Shown: positions 38,448 to 50,102 of the stretch, piece by piece
Layout of the letters: each line of letters opens with the position of its first letter
Position numbering within the stretch: the stretch's first letter is position 1
Source: an uncultured Candidatus Saccharibacteria bacterium
Lineage (GTDB): Bacteria > Patescibacteriota > Doudnabacteria > UBA920
DNA length: 64,000 bases
Assembly (NCBI GenBank): GCA_964474825.1
Contig: CAYYWQ010000001.1
Coordinates: 357,609 to 421,608 of the forward strand
Direction: 5' to 3'
Notes under the pieces: model-generated
What the model saw: the letters and a program-made list of their open reading frames with translations, nothing else
What the model was told of the DNA's origin: nothing
The model's database searches: none
Program-made: the position numbers and the translations under genes

Positions 38448-39138
38448 GCATTTTTGGCTTGTCAATCACGGTTTGTAAAATTTTTCGCTGGCGTTTGTTT
38501 TTTATTTTTAAAATTTCAAAATTTAATTTAGATTTTGACAAGCTTTGAACCAAATTGAAATTATTTTTTATTGCTTTCGCAGTATTTTTTTCCAGTTTAA
38601 AATTTAAAACCAAACAAAACCTTAATGCCCTAATTATTCTTAGCGGATCTTCTTTTATTCTTATTTTTGGTTTTCCTATGAATCTAATTAATTTTAACTT
38701 AATATCACCTAAACCTTTATTGTAATCTAAAACTTCTCCGTTTTTTGCCTTTAAATATAAGGAATTTATAGTAAAATCTCGTCTTTGACTGTCAATTTTA
38801 GGGTTTTTAATAAGATTGATTTTTGGATACCGGGTAGTCCCATACGACTCTTTACGAAAAGTCGCAATTTCAATTTCCTGTTTACCATTATGGGCTTTAA
38901 CGACCCCAAAGCTTTTACCTAGAGTGGATAGTCTAATTTTATTTTTTAGCAGTAAATTCATGACTTCTTCTGGTGTTGCCGATGTTGAAATGTCAATATC
39001 GGTTACCTTGCACCCCAATAAAATATCCCTAACCATACCCCCAACAAAAAAAGTTTGCGGAAAGTTTTCCACAAGCAAAAAATAAATAAAAAACCCAAAA
39101 TGTTCAAGTTGAGTTTTGGGTTGAAAAATATTTTTCAT
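38422..39138 (-). CDS. tRNA nucleotidyltransferase / poly(A) polymerase family, head and neck domains only (short CCA/CC/A-adding enzyme)
   Basis: 238 aa. GGxVRDxLLG...DxD motif (FFVGGMVRDILLGCKVTDIDIST) and RRDFTIN. Confidence 0.7.
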   Translation of the reverse strand: MKNIFQPKTQLEHFGFFIYFLLVENFPQTFFVGGMVRDILLGCKVTDIDISTSATPEEVMNLLLKNKIRLSTLGKSFGVVKAHNGKQEIEIATFRKESYGTTRYPKINLIKNPKIDSQRRDFTINSLYLKAKNGEVLDYNKGLGDIKLKLIRFIGKPKIRIKEDPLRIIRALRFCLVLNFKLEKNTAKAIKNNFNLVQSLSKSKLNFEILKIKNKRQRKILQTVIDKPKMLDKYFKVS

Positions 39139-39162
39139 TAAATTAATCTCTCACGCAAACTT

Positions 39163-39615
39163 TTATTTTTCCATTGTTGCGGAACCGGCCAGTGGATTTT
39201 TTCTGTGCGCGTGTTTTCTGGCAACATTTAAGCGCGACAAGTTTCGTTCCAAAGTCGCGGCAACTTTAGCATAGTCGGCTTCGTTTGCATGTTTTTCGGA
39301 CATGGCTTTTTTGGCGCGCTCTATTGCTTCCTCAGTGGCCTTAACATCTATTTCATAATGGTGTTCAGCCGCGTCTGCCAAAACAATAATTTCATTATTT
39401 TCCCGCACTTCCACAAACCCACCGCTAACATGAATAAAGTGCTCCTGGTTATTGACTTTTGCAACCAATTCCCCGGGCGCTAAAGTAGCCACTAAAGGAA
39501 TATGATGCGGTAAAATAGTTATTTGCCCCAAGGTTGTAGGGCACGACAAACTATCCAGTTCTTCTTGTAGAACAGTTCGTTCGGGAGTTACTAATTGAAA
39601 ATTTAATTTAGACAT
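39163..39615 (-). CDS. atpC: F1Fo ATP synthase epsilon subunit
   Basis: 150 aa. Beta-sandwich N-terminal region (QLVTPERTV...) and last gene of the atp operon. Confidence 0.8.
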   Translation of the reverse strand: MSKLNFQLVTPERTVLQEELDSLSCPTTLGQITILPHHIPLVATLAPGELVAKVNNQEHFIHVSGGFVEVRENNEIIVLADAAEHHYEIDVKATEEAIERAKKAMSEKHANEADYAKVAATLERNLSRLNVARKHAHRKNPLAGSATMEK

Positions 39616-39689
39616 AGGGGTTGAGTATGATGCATTTAGTATTATACAGACTGCATTTATACATCATACCTTATACAAAATACATAATA

Positions 39690-41066
<1,377 letters not shown>

Positions 41067-41330
41067 TTAAGATTTAATTTCTGGGAATTGTTTCTGTAAT
41101 TCCTTTAAAAAATAATTTGGGTCATATGGGTCCAGTAGTGGCTCTGTGAGGTTTGTGTTCAGTGATTGTCCGGTTTCTTTAAATCTTTCCTCCCAGTTCC
41201 AGTTATCAAATAACGGTTTCCCTTTGTAGGTAGCTTTAACTTTTTCATAATGCGCTCGGGCTTCTGCTAATTGACTTTGTCTTTGAGCCTTATACTCTTC
41301 AGGGTTAAATTTTGGATTTTCTGTTCCCAT
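41067..41330 (-). CDS. Hypothetical protein (87 aa) inserted between atpG and atpD
   Basis: Tightly spaced in the operon, about 9 nt from atpD. Confidence 0.3.
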   Translation of the reverse strand: MGTENPKFNPEEYKAQRQSQLAEARAHYEKVKATYKGKPLFDNWNWEERFKETGQSLNTNLTEPLLDPYDPNYFLKELQKQFPEIKS

Positions 41331-41334
41331 AAAT

Positions 41335-42255
41335 TTACTCTAAAGCAATCCTTCCCGCGGTAATTTCTGCTAACTCGGTCGTAATTTTACCTTGGCGGAG
41401 TTGGTTATAGGTTAAGGTTAGGTCGCTAATTAAATCACCTGCGGCTTCGGTGGCGTTTTTCATCATAACCATTCGGGCGCTGTGTTCGCTGGCGTTGCTT
41501 TCCAAAATAGTTTGGTAAATTTGGGATTCTAGTATCCTTGGCAAAAGTTGGTTTAAAACTTCTTTGGGGTCTGGTTCAAAAAGAAATGGGGAATCTATTG
41601 TTACTTCTTCGCCTTCGCTCTTCTCACCATCTTCAGACTCTTCTTCGTCCCTTGGTTCTTTATAAAAAGTATTTTCACTTTCCTTAAAAGGTAACAGTTG
41701 TTTAATGGTTGCGGTTTGGGTCAAGGTAGAAACAAAATGGTTATAAACAATTACAATTTTTTTATACTGGCCGGTGGCGTAAGCTTGTTTTACAAATTCC
41801 ACCAAGGGTAAAATATCCTGGGTAGTTAAAGTTTTTTCCAGCTTTGGGAAATCGGCAACAATATTTTTTTGCAGCCTCACTGCAATATTTTTTGCGTGCT
41901 TACCGTATGTAACAACTTCTGCAATGGTTTCAGCGCCACTTTCAGCATCTACCTGTTTTAACTTAGGCACGAGGTTCGTATTCAAACTTCCTACTAATCC
42001 CCTGTTGCTGGAAAGTAAAATCACTCCCACTTTCTTGGCTTCGTTATAATTCGCTAAAAGAGAGCTGTTATAGTCAACACCCTTAACTAAGTCCGAAATT
42101 AATTCCCACGCCAAAGAAGAATAGGTGCGGCTGGCAAGCGTTGCCGCCTGAGCCTTGCGCATTTTAGCCGCGCTAACCATTTGCATAGCACGCGTAACCT
42201 TACGCATACCACCAATGGACTTTATTCTAGTTTTTAGTTCTTTAATTCCGGCCAT
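41335..42255 (-). CDS. atpG: F1Fo ATP synthase gamma subunit
   Basis: 306 aa. N- and C-terminal coiled-coil helices, with an acidic insertion (EEESEDGEKSEGEE). Confidence 0.85.
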   Translation of the reverse strand: MAGIKELKTRIKSIGGMRKVTRAMQMVSAAKMRKAQAATLASRTYSSLAWELISDLVKGVDYNSSLLANYNEAKKVGVILLSSNRGLVGSLNTNLVPKLKQVDAESGAETIAEVVTYGKHAKNIAVRLQKNIVADFPKLEKTLTTQDILPLVEFVKQAYATGQYKKIVIVYNHFVSTLTQTATIKQLLPFKESENTFYKEPRDEEESEDGEKSEGEEVTIDSPFLFEPDPKEVLNQLLPRILESQIYQTILESNASEHSARMVMMKNATEAAGDLISDLTLTYNQLRQGKITTELAEITAGRIALE

Positions 42256-42256
42256 A

Positions 42257-42637
42257 TTATCTAAAAAAATAATCCTTAATTGTCATGAAAATCATAAACA
42301 AGGCATAAACAATAAACAGTATAAAAAATATCCTTGCTAAAGAAAATTGTTTTGGTTTAATATCCTGGGTTAAATTGTTTTGTAGTTTATCCTTTGCTTG
42401 GTTTTTTTGATTGATGAACGCAATAACTGCAATTATTGCTATTAAGCCCAAAACCCAAAATGGGGCAAAGATAATGCTTTTTGCAAACAAGCCATCTATC
42501 GCTGATGAGCATGGAGAGTCAAAACCGCATGGACCACCCAAACTTCCTCTATATAAAATGGCCAGGATTGGGATCAATAACCAAATAATCAATAAACCCC
42601 AAAATGTTTTTTTCATAGTCGTTACTAACAATGACAA
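42257..42637 (-). CDS. Hypothetical integral membrane protein (126 aa, about 3 TM) inserted between atpA and atpG
   Basis: 1-nt gap to atpG. Confidence 0.35.
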   Translation of the reverse strand: MSLLVTTMKKTFWGLLIIWLLIPILAILYRGSLGGPCGFDSPCSSAIDGLFAKSIIFAPFWVLGLIAIIAVIAFINQKNQAKDKLQNNLTQDIKPKQFSLARIFFILFIVYALFMIFMTIKDYFFR

Positions 42638-42643
42638 AAAATA

Positions 42644-44143
42644 TTATTTAACACTCTGTACAAACTGTTCAATAGCTTTTTTTAAATTAGCTTCTGTATC
42701 TTCGTTTAATTCTTTGCTATCCCGAATAGCCTTTAAAACATCTTTCGCGTTTACTTCCATATACTTATGGAATTTAGCTTCGGTCTCGGGCATTTTGTCT
42801 ACGGGAATTTCGTTAAAGTAGCCATTGTTAACCGCGTACATAATTGTAACCTGCTTTTCTAAAGAGTACGGCTGGTATTGCGGCTGTTTTAGAATTTCGC
42901 TCATTCTGCGGCCAAGGTCTAAGGTTGTTTTGGTGGCTTGGTCAAGGTCGCTACCAAATTGGGCAAAGGCTTCCATTTCACGGAATTGGGCTAATTGTAG
43001 TTTTAATTTGCCGGCAACCTTCTTCATAGCCTTTGTCTGGGCGGCGCTTCCTACACGGGAAACGGAAATACCAACATTCAACGCCGGGCGAACGCCTTTG
43101 TAGAATAAGTCAGATTCTAAAAAGATTTGTCCGTCTGTAATGGAAATAACGTTTGTAGGAATGTAAGCGGAAATATCTCCGGCTTGGGTTTCGATGATGG
43201 GGAGAGCAGTTAAAGACCCACCGCCAAAATCTTTGTTTAGTTTTGCGGCACGTTCTAATAATCTGCTGTGGAGATAGAACACATCACCAGGATACGCTTC
43301 ACGTCCCGGTGGTCTTCTTAAGAGCAAGGAAATTTCACGGTAAGCCACAGCTTGTTTAGAAAGATCGTCATAAACCACCAAAACATCTTTTCCTTGGTCC
43401 ATAAAATATTCACCCATAGCGCAACCGGAGTATGGAGCAATATAAGAAAGAGCGGCAGGCTCGGAAGCTGCGGCAGAAACCACAATTGTATATTCCATGG
43501 CGCCGTTTTTTTCCAGCTCAGTAACGATTCTGGCAACTTTGCTTTCCTTTTGGCCAATAGCAACATAAATACAGATCATGTTCTGACCTTTTTGGTTTAT
43601 TATGGTGTCTATTGCAATGGCGGTCTTACCTGTTTGGCGATCGCCGATAATTAACTCACGTTGCCCACGTCCAATTGGGATTAAAGCGTCAATGGCTTTA
43701 ATGCCGGTTTGAACCGGTTCTCTTACACCTTGCCTGGTAATAACTCCAGGCGCAATTTTTTCTACCGGGTAGAATTTGTCAGTTTTAACGTCGCCTTTGC
43801 CGTCTTTAGGAACACCCAAAGCATTTACCGTGCGGCCAATTAAAGCTTCGCCAACCGGCACAGAAAGAATTTTTCCGGTAAGTTTTACAGTGTCGCCTAC
43901 TTTGATAGTAGTGTAATCACCCAAAATAACGCTGCCGATGACGTTTTCCTCAAGGTTTAAAGCCACGCCCATAAGGCCCTTACCGAAGTCCAACATTTCC
44001 ATGCTGGCACATTCTTTAAGGCCGGAAACGCGCGCCACACCATCCCCTACTTCCAAAACAGTGCCAACTTTTTCTACTGTTGCTTTGGGCTGAAATTCTA
44101 ATATTTTTTCTTTAAGTTGTTCTACGATATTTGATTGGGCCAT
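42644..44143 (-). CDS. atpA: F1Fo ATP synthase alpha subunit
   Basis: 499 aa with GDRQTGKT P-loop. Confidence 0.97.
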   Translation of the reverse strand: MAQSNIVEQLKEKILEFQPKATVEKVGTVLEVGDGVARVSGLKECASMEMLDFGKGLMGVALNLEENVIGSVILGDYTTIKVGDTVKLTGKILSVPVGEALIGRTVNALGVPKDGKGDVKTDKFYPVEKIAPGVITRQGVREPVQTGIKAIDALIPIGRGQRELIIGDRQTGKTAIAIDTIINQKGQNMICIYVAIGQKESKVARIVTELEKNGAMEYTIVVSAAASEPAALSYIAPYSGCAMGEYFMDQGKDVLVVYDDLSKQAVAYREISLLLRRPPGREAYPGDVFYLHSRLLERAAKLNKDFGGGSLTALPIIETQAGDISAYIPTNVISITDGQIFLESDLFYKGVRPALNVGISVSRVGSAAQTKAMKKVAGKLKLQLAQFREMEAFAQFGSDLDQATKTTLDLGRRMSEILKQPQYQPYSLEKQVTIMYAVNNGYFNEIPVDKMPETEAKFHKYMEVNAKDVLKAIRDSKELNEDTEANLKKAIEQFVQSVK

Positions 44144-44164
44144 AAAATATTTGCGATTTAAGAT

Positions 44165-44428
44165 TTAGGATGTAATTTTTTCAATTTCGCTTGGTTCGTA
44201 GGGGAAAACAGTTGAAGTGGCTTTGTCTCTCCGTGGGGAATCTCCTGGAATCCGATAGGCTACATAAACTTTTCCATTCTCTATTTTTTCAACCAGTCCC
44301 GTAATACCAGTGGGCATGAATTCTCCATTTATTTTTGTTCCGGCAGTATTCCTTACTCTAACAGGCATACCAGGCTCAAACTCGGAGGTTGCTTCATGTT
44401 GTCCAGTTTCCGTGTCAGGATTAGTCAT
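44165..44428 (-). CDS. Hypothetical small protein (87 aa, SH3/Tudor-like beta-barrel guess) inserted between atpH and atpA
   Basis: 2-nt gap to atpH. Contains a G..V.V....G...G.V.......Y.V pattern. Confidence 0.3.
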   Translation of the reverse strand: MTNPDTETGQHEATSEFEPGMPVRVRNTAGTKINGEFMPTGITGLVEKIENGKVYVAYRIPGDSPRRDKATSTVFPYEPSEIEKITS

Positions 44429-44430
44429 GT

Positions 44431-44823
44431 CTATGATTTTAATTCTTTATTTAAATTATTTAGCTGACCTTTTATACTTGCGTCTATTAGCGTATCATCT
44501 ACTCTTACAACTACTCCGCCTACAATTCTGTCGTCTACCTTTTTATGTATTTCCAGTTTTGAGCCGGCGAGTTTGTTGAGTTGTTCGATAATTCCCGAAT
44601 TCATTTCTACATCATGTGCTACGGTTACCTGTGCTTCCTTGATCCCTTTTGCTTCCCTCTCTACCCGTTTATATTCTAATTCTATCTCCTCGTATTTTCC
44701 TAAATCCCCGTTTCCCGCCAAAATCTTAACAAAGTTATCCATGACTTTGTCGTGGTCCTTTGGGGCCGTTTCTACTATAGAGTCGTAGAGCGCCTGGGCG
44801 TATTGTTGGGAAGTAAGTTTCAT
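44431..44823 (-). CDS. atpH: F1Fo ATP synthase delta (OSCP) subunit, short
   Basis: 130 aa. Called from position in the operon; the helical N-terminal domain fits. Confidence 0.6.
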   Translation of the reverse strand: MKLTSQQYAQALYDSIVETAPKDHDKVMDNFVKILAGNGDLGKYEEIELEYKRVEREAKGIKEAQVTVAHDVEMNSGIIEQLNKLAGSKLEIHKKVDDRIVGGVVVRVDDTLIDASIKGQLNNLNKELKS

Positions 44824-44902
44824 TTATTCTTTTTCTACTAAATACTAAATTAAACTAAAAATACTAAATCTAAGAATTTAAGCTCGAATATTTTTAGACA
44901 GC

Positions 44903-45514
44903 TTATTTAGCTTGTCCTAAAAACTCCTTGATTAACTCTTTGTCCTTCTTTTCATCTATCTTCTCCCGCAGTATCTTCTCAGTTGCGGTGGTTACAATGT
45001 CGGCTAGTTCAGATTTAGCGGCTTGCAAAGCTTTTTGCTTTTCCTGCTCAATTTGGCTTTTGGCCTGTTCAACAACTTTTGCCTGTTCTTCTTTAGCCTG
45101 AAGAAGAATTTGCTGTTTGCTTTGTGTGGCCTGGGTTTCGGCCTCAGCTACTAATGAAGCGGCTTGATTTCTGACTTTGGCCATTTCCGAGTCTCTCCAA
45201 ACTGAAAATTCCTGTTTTTCCTTTTCTATTCTTTCGGCATCGTTTAAAGACTTTTCTATTTTTTCAGTTCTTTCTGTAAGTTTTCGGGCAACTGGGGTAA
45301 GAACCCATTTCCACAAGACAAACAAAATAACGCCAAAGTTAATTAACTGGGCAATAAAAATTCTCCAGTCAATGCCTAAAGTTTCTAACACGCTTTTACT
45401 TTCCACGTGGGCCTCAGGCGCAGCCTGGGCTGCTAACTCCGCAGCATGGGGAGCCGCTTCGGTGGCTGCCTGCGCTGTGTGAATTAAAAATTGTGAAATT
45501 GTATGTAAGTCCAT
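44903..45514 (-). CDS. atpF: F1Fo ATP synthase b subunit
   Basis: 203 aa. One N-terminal TM, then a long charged coiled-coil. Confidence 0.65.
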   Translation of the reverse strand: MDLHTISQFLIHTAQAATEAAPHAAELAAQAAPEAHVESKSVLETLGIDWRIFIAQLINFGVILFVLWKWVLTPVARKLTERTEKIEKSLNDAERIEKEKQEFSVWRDSEMAKVRNQAASLVAEAETQATQSKQQILLQAKEEQAKVVEQAKSQIEQEKQKALQAAKSELADIVTTATEKILREKIDEKKDKELIKEFLGQAK

Positions 45515-45587
45515 ATTTTTCTGTGCCGATAAAGTTATTTAAGTTGTAAATAAGGGCTGGCGAAAAATCGCCAGACCAATCTAAAAC

Positions 45588-45821
<234 letters not shown>

Positions 45822-45932
45822 TCATTTTCAGTGGACGGTACCTGTCTTTTTTAGTTTAACGTCCCTTACTAATGAACGATGAATTATGAATCAGGAACTA
45901 TGAATAAATCACAATTCCTGCCAAATAATCCA

Positions 45933-46790
45933 TTAGACCGCGGCCTGATGCGCTTCCTGGTGTTTTTCTTCGTGTTCCCCGTGTGGTTCCTGCGCGGCCA
46001 TAGTTAAATATACCAAAGCTAACATGGAAAATACAACAGCCTGTACCGCGCCGACTAAAATTTCCAAACCCATAAAAGGCAATGGGGCCAGGTAAGCTAT
46101 TAAACCCGCAATAACTGTAAGTAATACCTCTCCGGCAAAAATGTTGCCAAAAAGCCTTAACGAAAGAGAAAGTATTTTTGCAAATTCAGAGACGGTTTCT
46201 AGAATTCCCACAAAAAATTCTACAAACGCGGTAAGGAATTTTATGGGGTTAAGGGATTTAATGCCGTTGAACAATTTGTCAACCATGACAAATTTGTTTA
46301 CGTATTTATAGAACCCAATAGCAAAAATTCCTAAAACGTGAGACGCCGCTACTGCAAATACGGCCATGGCAATGGTCATGTTTAAGTCGGTATTGGCCGG
46401 GCGAAAAAGCGGAATAAGCTGAACGTGACCTTCGTGTAGTTGATAAATACCAATGGAGCCTGTGCCAGGCAATAAACCCATCCAGTTGGAAATTAAAATA
46501 AAAAAGAACAGGGTGCCGACAATTGGCAGGAACCTTAAAGTCAATTTCCTGCTTTTGGTGACAGCATCCATCTGTGTTAAAAGAAAGTCTAAGATACCTT
46601 CAAAAAAATTCAAGAGTCCTTTGGGTGCCTTGTTGGTAGTGTAATATTTTTTTATGGCCGAGCGGATGAACAAAGCGAATACAACAAAAAATACCAACGC
46701 GAGCACCGCGTTAATTAAGGTGTTGGTTACCGGAAACCCGGAAATTTCAAACATTTTTTCAGCCGCCAGGGGCGGTAACATTGCTACCAT
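45933..46790 (-). CDS. atpB: F1Fo ATP synthase a subunit
   Basis: 285 aa. Multi-TM with conserved Arg in the 'LSLRLFGN' helix. Confidence 0.8.
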   Translation of the reverse strand: MVAMLPPLAAEKMFEISGFPVTNTLINAVLALVFFVVFALFIRSAIKKYYTTNKAPKGLLNFFEGILDFLLTQMDAVTKSRKLTLRFLPIVGTLFFFILISNWMGLLPGTGSIGIYQLHEGHVQLIPLFRPANTDLNMTIAMAVFAVAASHVLGIFAIGFYKYVNKFVMVDKLFNGIKSLNPIKFLTAFVEFFVGILETVSEFAKILSLSLRLFGNIFAGEVLLTVIAGLIAYLAPLPFMGLEILVGAVQAVVFSMLALVYLTMAAQEPHGEHEEKHQEAHQAAV

Positions 46791-47110
46791 TACTTTTTCA
46801 ATTTCCTCTCTACTTCCCTAATTTTTTTATAAATACTATAAAAACTTATAAAAACTGCCCCAAATAATCCTATTACAATGTACCAGTCACTATTATGTCT
46901 ATGGTAATTAGCCCACTCCGCCGCACTTTTAAGGCCAAAGAACCCCAAAATATTGCCTAGAAATAAAAATATAAGCAGGGGCGCAGCGGTAATTACTGCA
47001 AATTCCATAGCGAGTTCGGAAAATAAGACCCATTTAAAATCCTCAGGAGGCTTTTGGGGACCTTTGGTTGGTGGCTGGATATTTGGTTTATTTTCCTGCG
47101 TGTCTTCCAT
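46790..47110 (-). CDS. Small 2-TM protein upstream of atpB, possible AtpI/AtpZ-like
   Basis: 106 aa. Start/stop overlaps atpB and first in the operon. Called from position only. Confidence 0.3.
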   Translation of the reverse strand: MEDTQENKPNIQPPTKGPQKPPEDFKWVLFSELAMEFAVITAAPLLIFLFLGNILGFFGLKSAAEWANYHRHNSDWYIVIGLFGAVFISFYSIYKKIREVERKLKK

Positions 47111-47215
47111 AATTACCCGCTCCTTAACTTAAATTTTTAAGGTCAGAAATGTTTGACTAATAAAAGCCGGTTTTTTCTTATAACGCTCTAAGTATGTGTA
47201 GAATAGGCCATTTTG

Positions 47216-49936
47216 TCAATACAGGCTCTTTTGGCCAGGCTTGACAAAATATGAGTTTTCCACTCCGAATTTGCGTTTGGTGGCCCATTTTGCAAATTCT
47301 AAAACCGGTATTACTGTAATTGAAAGCCCGCCAATTACAAGCCAATCTTTTACTGTTAAACCGTATGTTCCGAATAAGTTTTGCAAGAACGGAACATAAA
47401 GTATAAGTACTAACAAAAAGAGTTCCCACAAAACTGTAATATTAAGCCAGATATTGGAAAAAGTCCTGTGGAATACTGAGTGTTCTGAGGATCTGAAATT
47501 ATAAGCTTTGAAAAATTGTATAAGCACCAAAGAAACAAATGTCATGGCCATGGCTTGCTTAAGAGTATGTCCCGCGTTTGTTGACCAGGTAAACAAACTT
47601 AAATTTATTACAGTTGACCATAATCCACCTGCCACAATTAGGTATATTACTGGCTTTGTAAAAATGCCTGTTTTGCTTTTTCTGGGCTTGTGTTCCATTA
47701 GGTCGTCTTCCGCAGGGTCAACTGCCAAAGCCAAAGCTGGTAAGCCGTCGGTGGCTAAATTTACGTAGAGTATTTGTACCGCAGTAAGAGGGAGAGGTAA
47801 ACCCAAAAGCGAACTTCCAAGTATAAGGCCAATTTCGCCTAAGTTAGAAGAAAGCAAGTACATTAAATATTTTTTTATGTTGCCAAAAATTCCGCGCCCT
47901 TCTTCTACTGCAGCAACTATGGAAGCAAAGTTGTCGTCTGTTAGTGTCATGGCCGCCGCTTCTCGGGTTACGTCTGCGCCTGCAATCCCCATAGCTATCC
48001 CTATGTCGGCCTTTTTTAAAGCCGGGGCGTCGTTCACTCCGTCACCTGTCATCGCCACAACATGGCCTTTTTTTTGAAGAGCTCCAACTACTTTAAGTTT
48101 ATGTTCAGGCGAAACTCTGGCGTACACTTGTATATGTTCAACTCCCCTTTCAAATTCCTCCGGGCTCATGGTATCAAGCTCAGGCCCAGTAACCACGCGG
48201 CCGTCGGTAAGGAGTCCAAGCTCTTTTGCAATTGCTGTTGCAGTTATTGGATGATCCCCTGTTATCATGACTACCCTTATGCCAGCGCGCTTACAAGTAT
48301 CTATGGCAGTTTTTGCCTCCGGCCTGGGCGGGTCTATCATACCAACTAAGCCTAAAAAAACATGGTCAGCTTCCGATTGTTGTTTGGATGCGCCCGGTTT
48401 ATAGGAAATACCAATTACGCGTAAAGCGTTTTCCGCCATTTTTTGTGCCGTGGCCTGTATTGCATTGCGGGACTCTGCAGTTAGTGGTATCTCGCCTTTT
48501 GAGGTGAGTTCTTTGTGACAGGCGGCTAAAATTACTTCAAGCGCGCCCTTTGAATATGCGACATTCTCACCTTCAAGAGCGTGTAGCGTAGTCATGCGTT
48601 TGGTTTCAGAAGTAAAGGGTATTTCGTGAATCCTGGGAAACTTTTTGTCCAATTCTAATTTGTGAAGCCCAGCCTTAGCCGCGGCCGCAACTAGCGCGCC
48701 TTCCGTTGGGTCGCCCTTCATTTCCCATGTGCCTTTTGTTTCCCCTTGTGAAATATGGGCGTCAGAAGAAAGTATTCCCGCAAGTAATAATTTTTTTAGA
48801 TGCTCGGTTGGCTCAGTTTGGGCATTGTCTTTAAAAAATGCTCCATCCGGCCCATAGCCCGCACCGCTAACGTCTAAAATGTGGCCACCCACATAAATTT
48901 TTCTAACAGTCATTTCGTCTTTGGTGAGTGTTCCAGTTTTGTCGGAGCATATTACTGTGGTGCTGCCCAAGGTTTCCACTGCAGGTAAATGCCGAATGAG
49001 CGCGTGGCGTTTTACCATACGCTTTACACCAATGGCCAGTGAAATAGTTACCACAGCTGGTAAGGCCTCAGGAACAACAGCCACTGCTAAGGAAACTCCG
49101 AATACAAACATTTCTATAAATGGAAGGCCACGCATTATGCCAAGCGCAACAACAATTGCCACTAAAACTAAAGCCCCTTTGGCTAAAGTATGGCCGAGTT
49201 TGTCCAGGTTTTCCTGTAGCGGCGTACGCGCTGTTTTTACTGTTTGAAGCATGCGGGCAATTTTTCCAAATTCAGTATTCATAGCCGTAGTCACAACAAC
49301 TCCCGAGCCTCTTCCATATGTTACTGCAGTACCAGCAAACGCCAAATTAACCCTGTCGCCAACAGGCAGTTCCGCAGAGTTTAATTTCTCAATATTTTTT
49401 GTAACCGCAATAGACTCCCCTGTAAGAGGAGCTTCGTTTATTTGTAAGTTTACGGCCTCTGTGAGGCGGAGGTCAGCAGGGACTTTGTCTCCGGCCCTAA
49501 GAATAACCACGTCTCCAGGCACAAGCAGGTTGGCTGCAATTTTTACTTCTCGGCCATCCCTCAGTACAGCCGCAGCCGGCGCGGCCATTTTTTTTAATGC
49601 TTCCAACGCCTGTTCTGCTCTATATTCCTGAAAAAATCCGAGTAGGACAGCAAATAAAACTATTACGGTTATAACTGCTGCTTCCAGCCCATGTCCCAAG
49701 AATGAGGAAAGAATGGTCGCAATAAGCAGAATTATTATTAAAATATTTTTAAACTGCTCAGCAAATATTTGCCAAGCAGAAATTTTATGGGCGGCTAAAA
49801 GTTCATTTAATCCAAATTTTTCAATTCGTACTTCTGCCTCAGCCTGTTTTAAGCCTTCGGGTGAAGATCCTGCGTTCTGAAAAGTCTGTTCTACTGTTAG
49901 AGTGTGCCAAGATTTTGATGTTGGTGTTTTGTCCAT
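47216..49936 (-). CDS. P-type cation-transporting ATPase (type II, Ca2+/Mg2+-like)
   Basis: 906 aa. DKTGTLT, TGDGVNDAPALKKADIGIAMG, TGES and 10 TM. Confidence 0.9.
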   Translation of the reverse strand: MDKTPTSKSWHTLTVEQTFQNAGSSPEGLKQAEAEVRIEKFGLNELLAAHKISAWQIFAEQFKNILIIILLIATILSSFLGHGLEAAVITVIVLFAVLLGFFQEYRAEQALEALKKMAAPAAAVLRDGREVKIAANLLVPGDVVILRAGDKVPADLRLTEAVNLQINEAPLTGESIAVTKNIEKLNSAELPVGDRVNLAFAGTAVTYGRGSGVVVTTAMNTEFGKIARMLQTVKTARTPLQENLDKLGHTLAKGALVLVAIVVALGIMRGLPFIEMFVFGVSLAVAVVPEALPAVVTISLAIGVKRMVKRHALIRHLPAVETLGSTTVICSDKTGTLTKDEMTVRKIYVGGHILDVSGAGYGPDGAFFKDNAQTEPTEHLKKLLLAGILSSDAHISQGETKGTWEMKGDPTEGALVAAAAKAGLHKLELDKKFPRIHEIPFTSETKRMTTLHALEGENVAYSKGALEVILAACHKELTSKGEIPLTAESRNAIQATAQKMAENALRVIGISYKPGASKQQSEADHVFLGLVGMIDPPRPEAKTAIDTCKRAGIRVVMITGDHPITATAIAKELGLLTDGRVVTGPELDTMSPEEFERGVEHIQVYARVSPEHKLKVVGALQKKGHVVAMTGDGVNDAPALKKADIGIAMGIAGADVTREAAAMTLTDDNFASIVAAVEEGRGIFGNIKKYLMYLLSSNLGEIGLILGSSLLGLPLPLTAVQILYVNLATDGLPALALAVDPAEDDLMEHKPRKSKTGIFTKPVIYLIVAGGLWSTVINLSLFTWSTNAGHTLKQAMAMTFVSLVLIQFFKAYNFRSSEHSVFHRTFSNIWLNITVLWELFLLVLILYVPFLQNLFGTYGLTVKDWLVIGGLSITVIPVLEFAKWATKRKFGVENSYFVKPGQKSLY

Positions 49937-49981
49937 GTAATGTTTGAAACTTGAATATATTGTGGCGTAAGCCTGCCCTAG

Positions 49982-50102
49982 TCCGCCTAGGCGGACGAAG
50001 GCTGGAGCCGGCTGTCGGACTTGAACCGACCACCTGCGGTTTACGATACCGCTGCTCTACCAGATGAGCTAAGCCGGCGTGATGATCCGCCTAGGCGGAC
50101 GA
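49982..50102. repeat. 17-bp direct repeat TCCGCCTAGGCGGACGA (each copy palindromic) flanking tRNA-Thr
   Basis: Copies at 49982-49998 and 50086-50102. Confidence 0.7.
50003..50078 (-). tRNA. tRNA-Thr (anticodon CGU), CCA encoded
   Basis: Acceptor GCCGGCU/AGCCGGC, anticodon loop AUCGUAA, T-loop GGUUCAAGUCC. Confidence 0.85.

Noticed and set aside
47178-47429. 83-aa ORF overlapping the 3' end of the P-type ATPase gene
   Set aside because: It sits in an alternate frame of a strongly supported 906-aa gene and has no independent signal.
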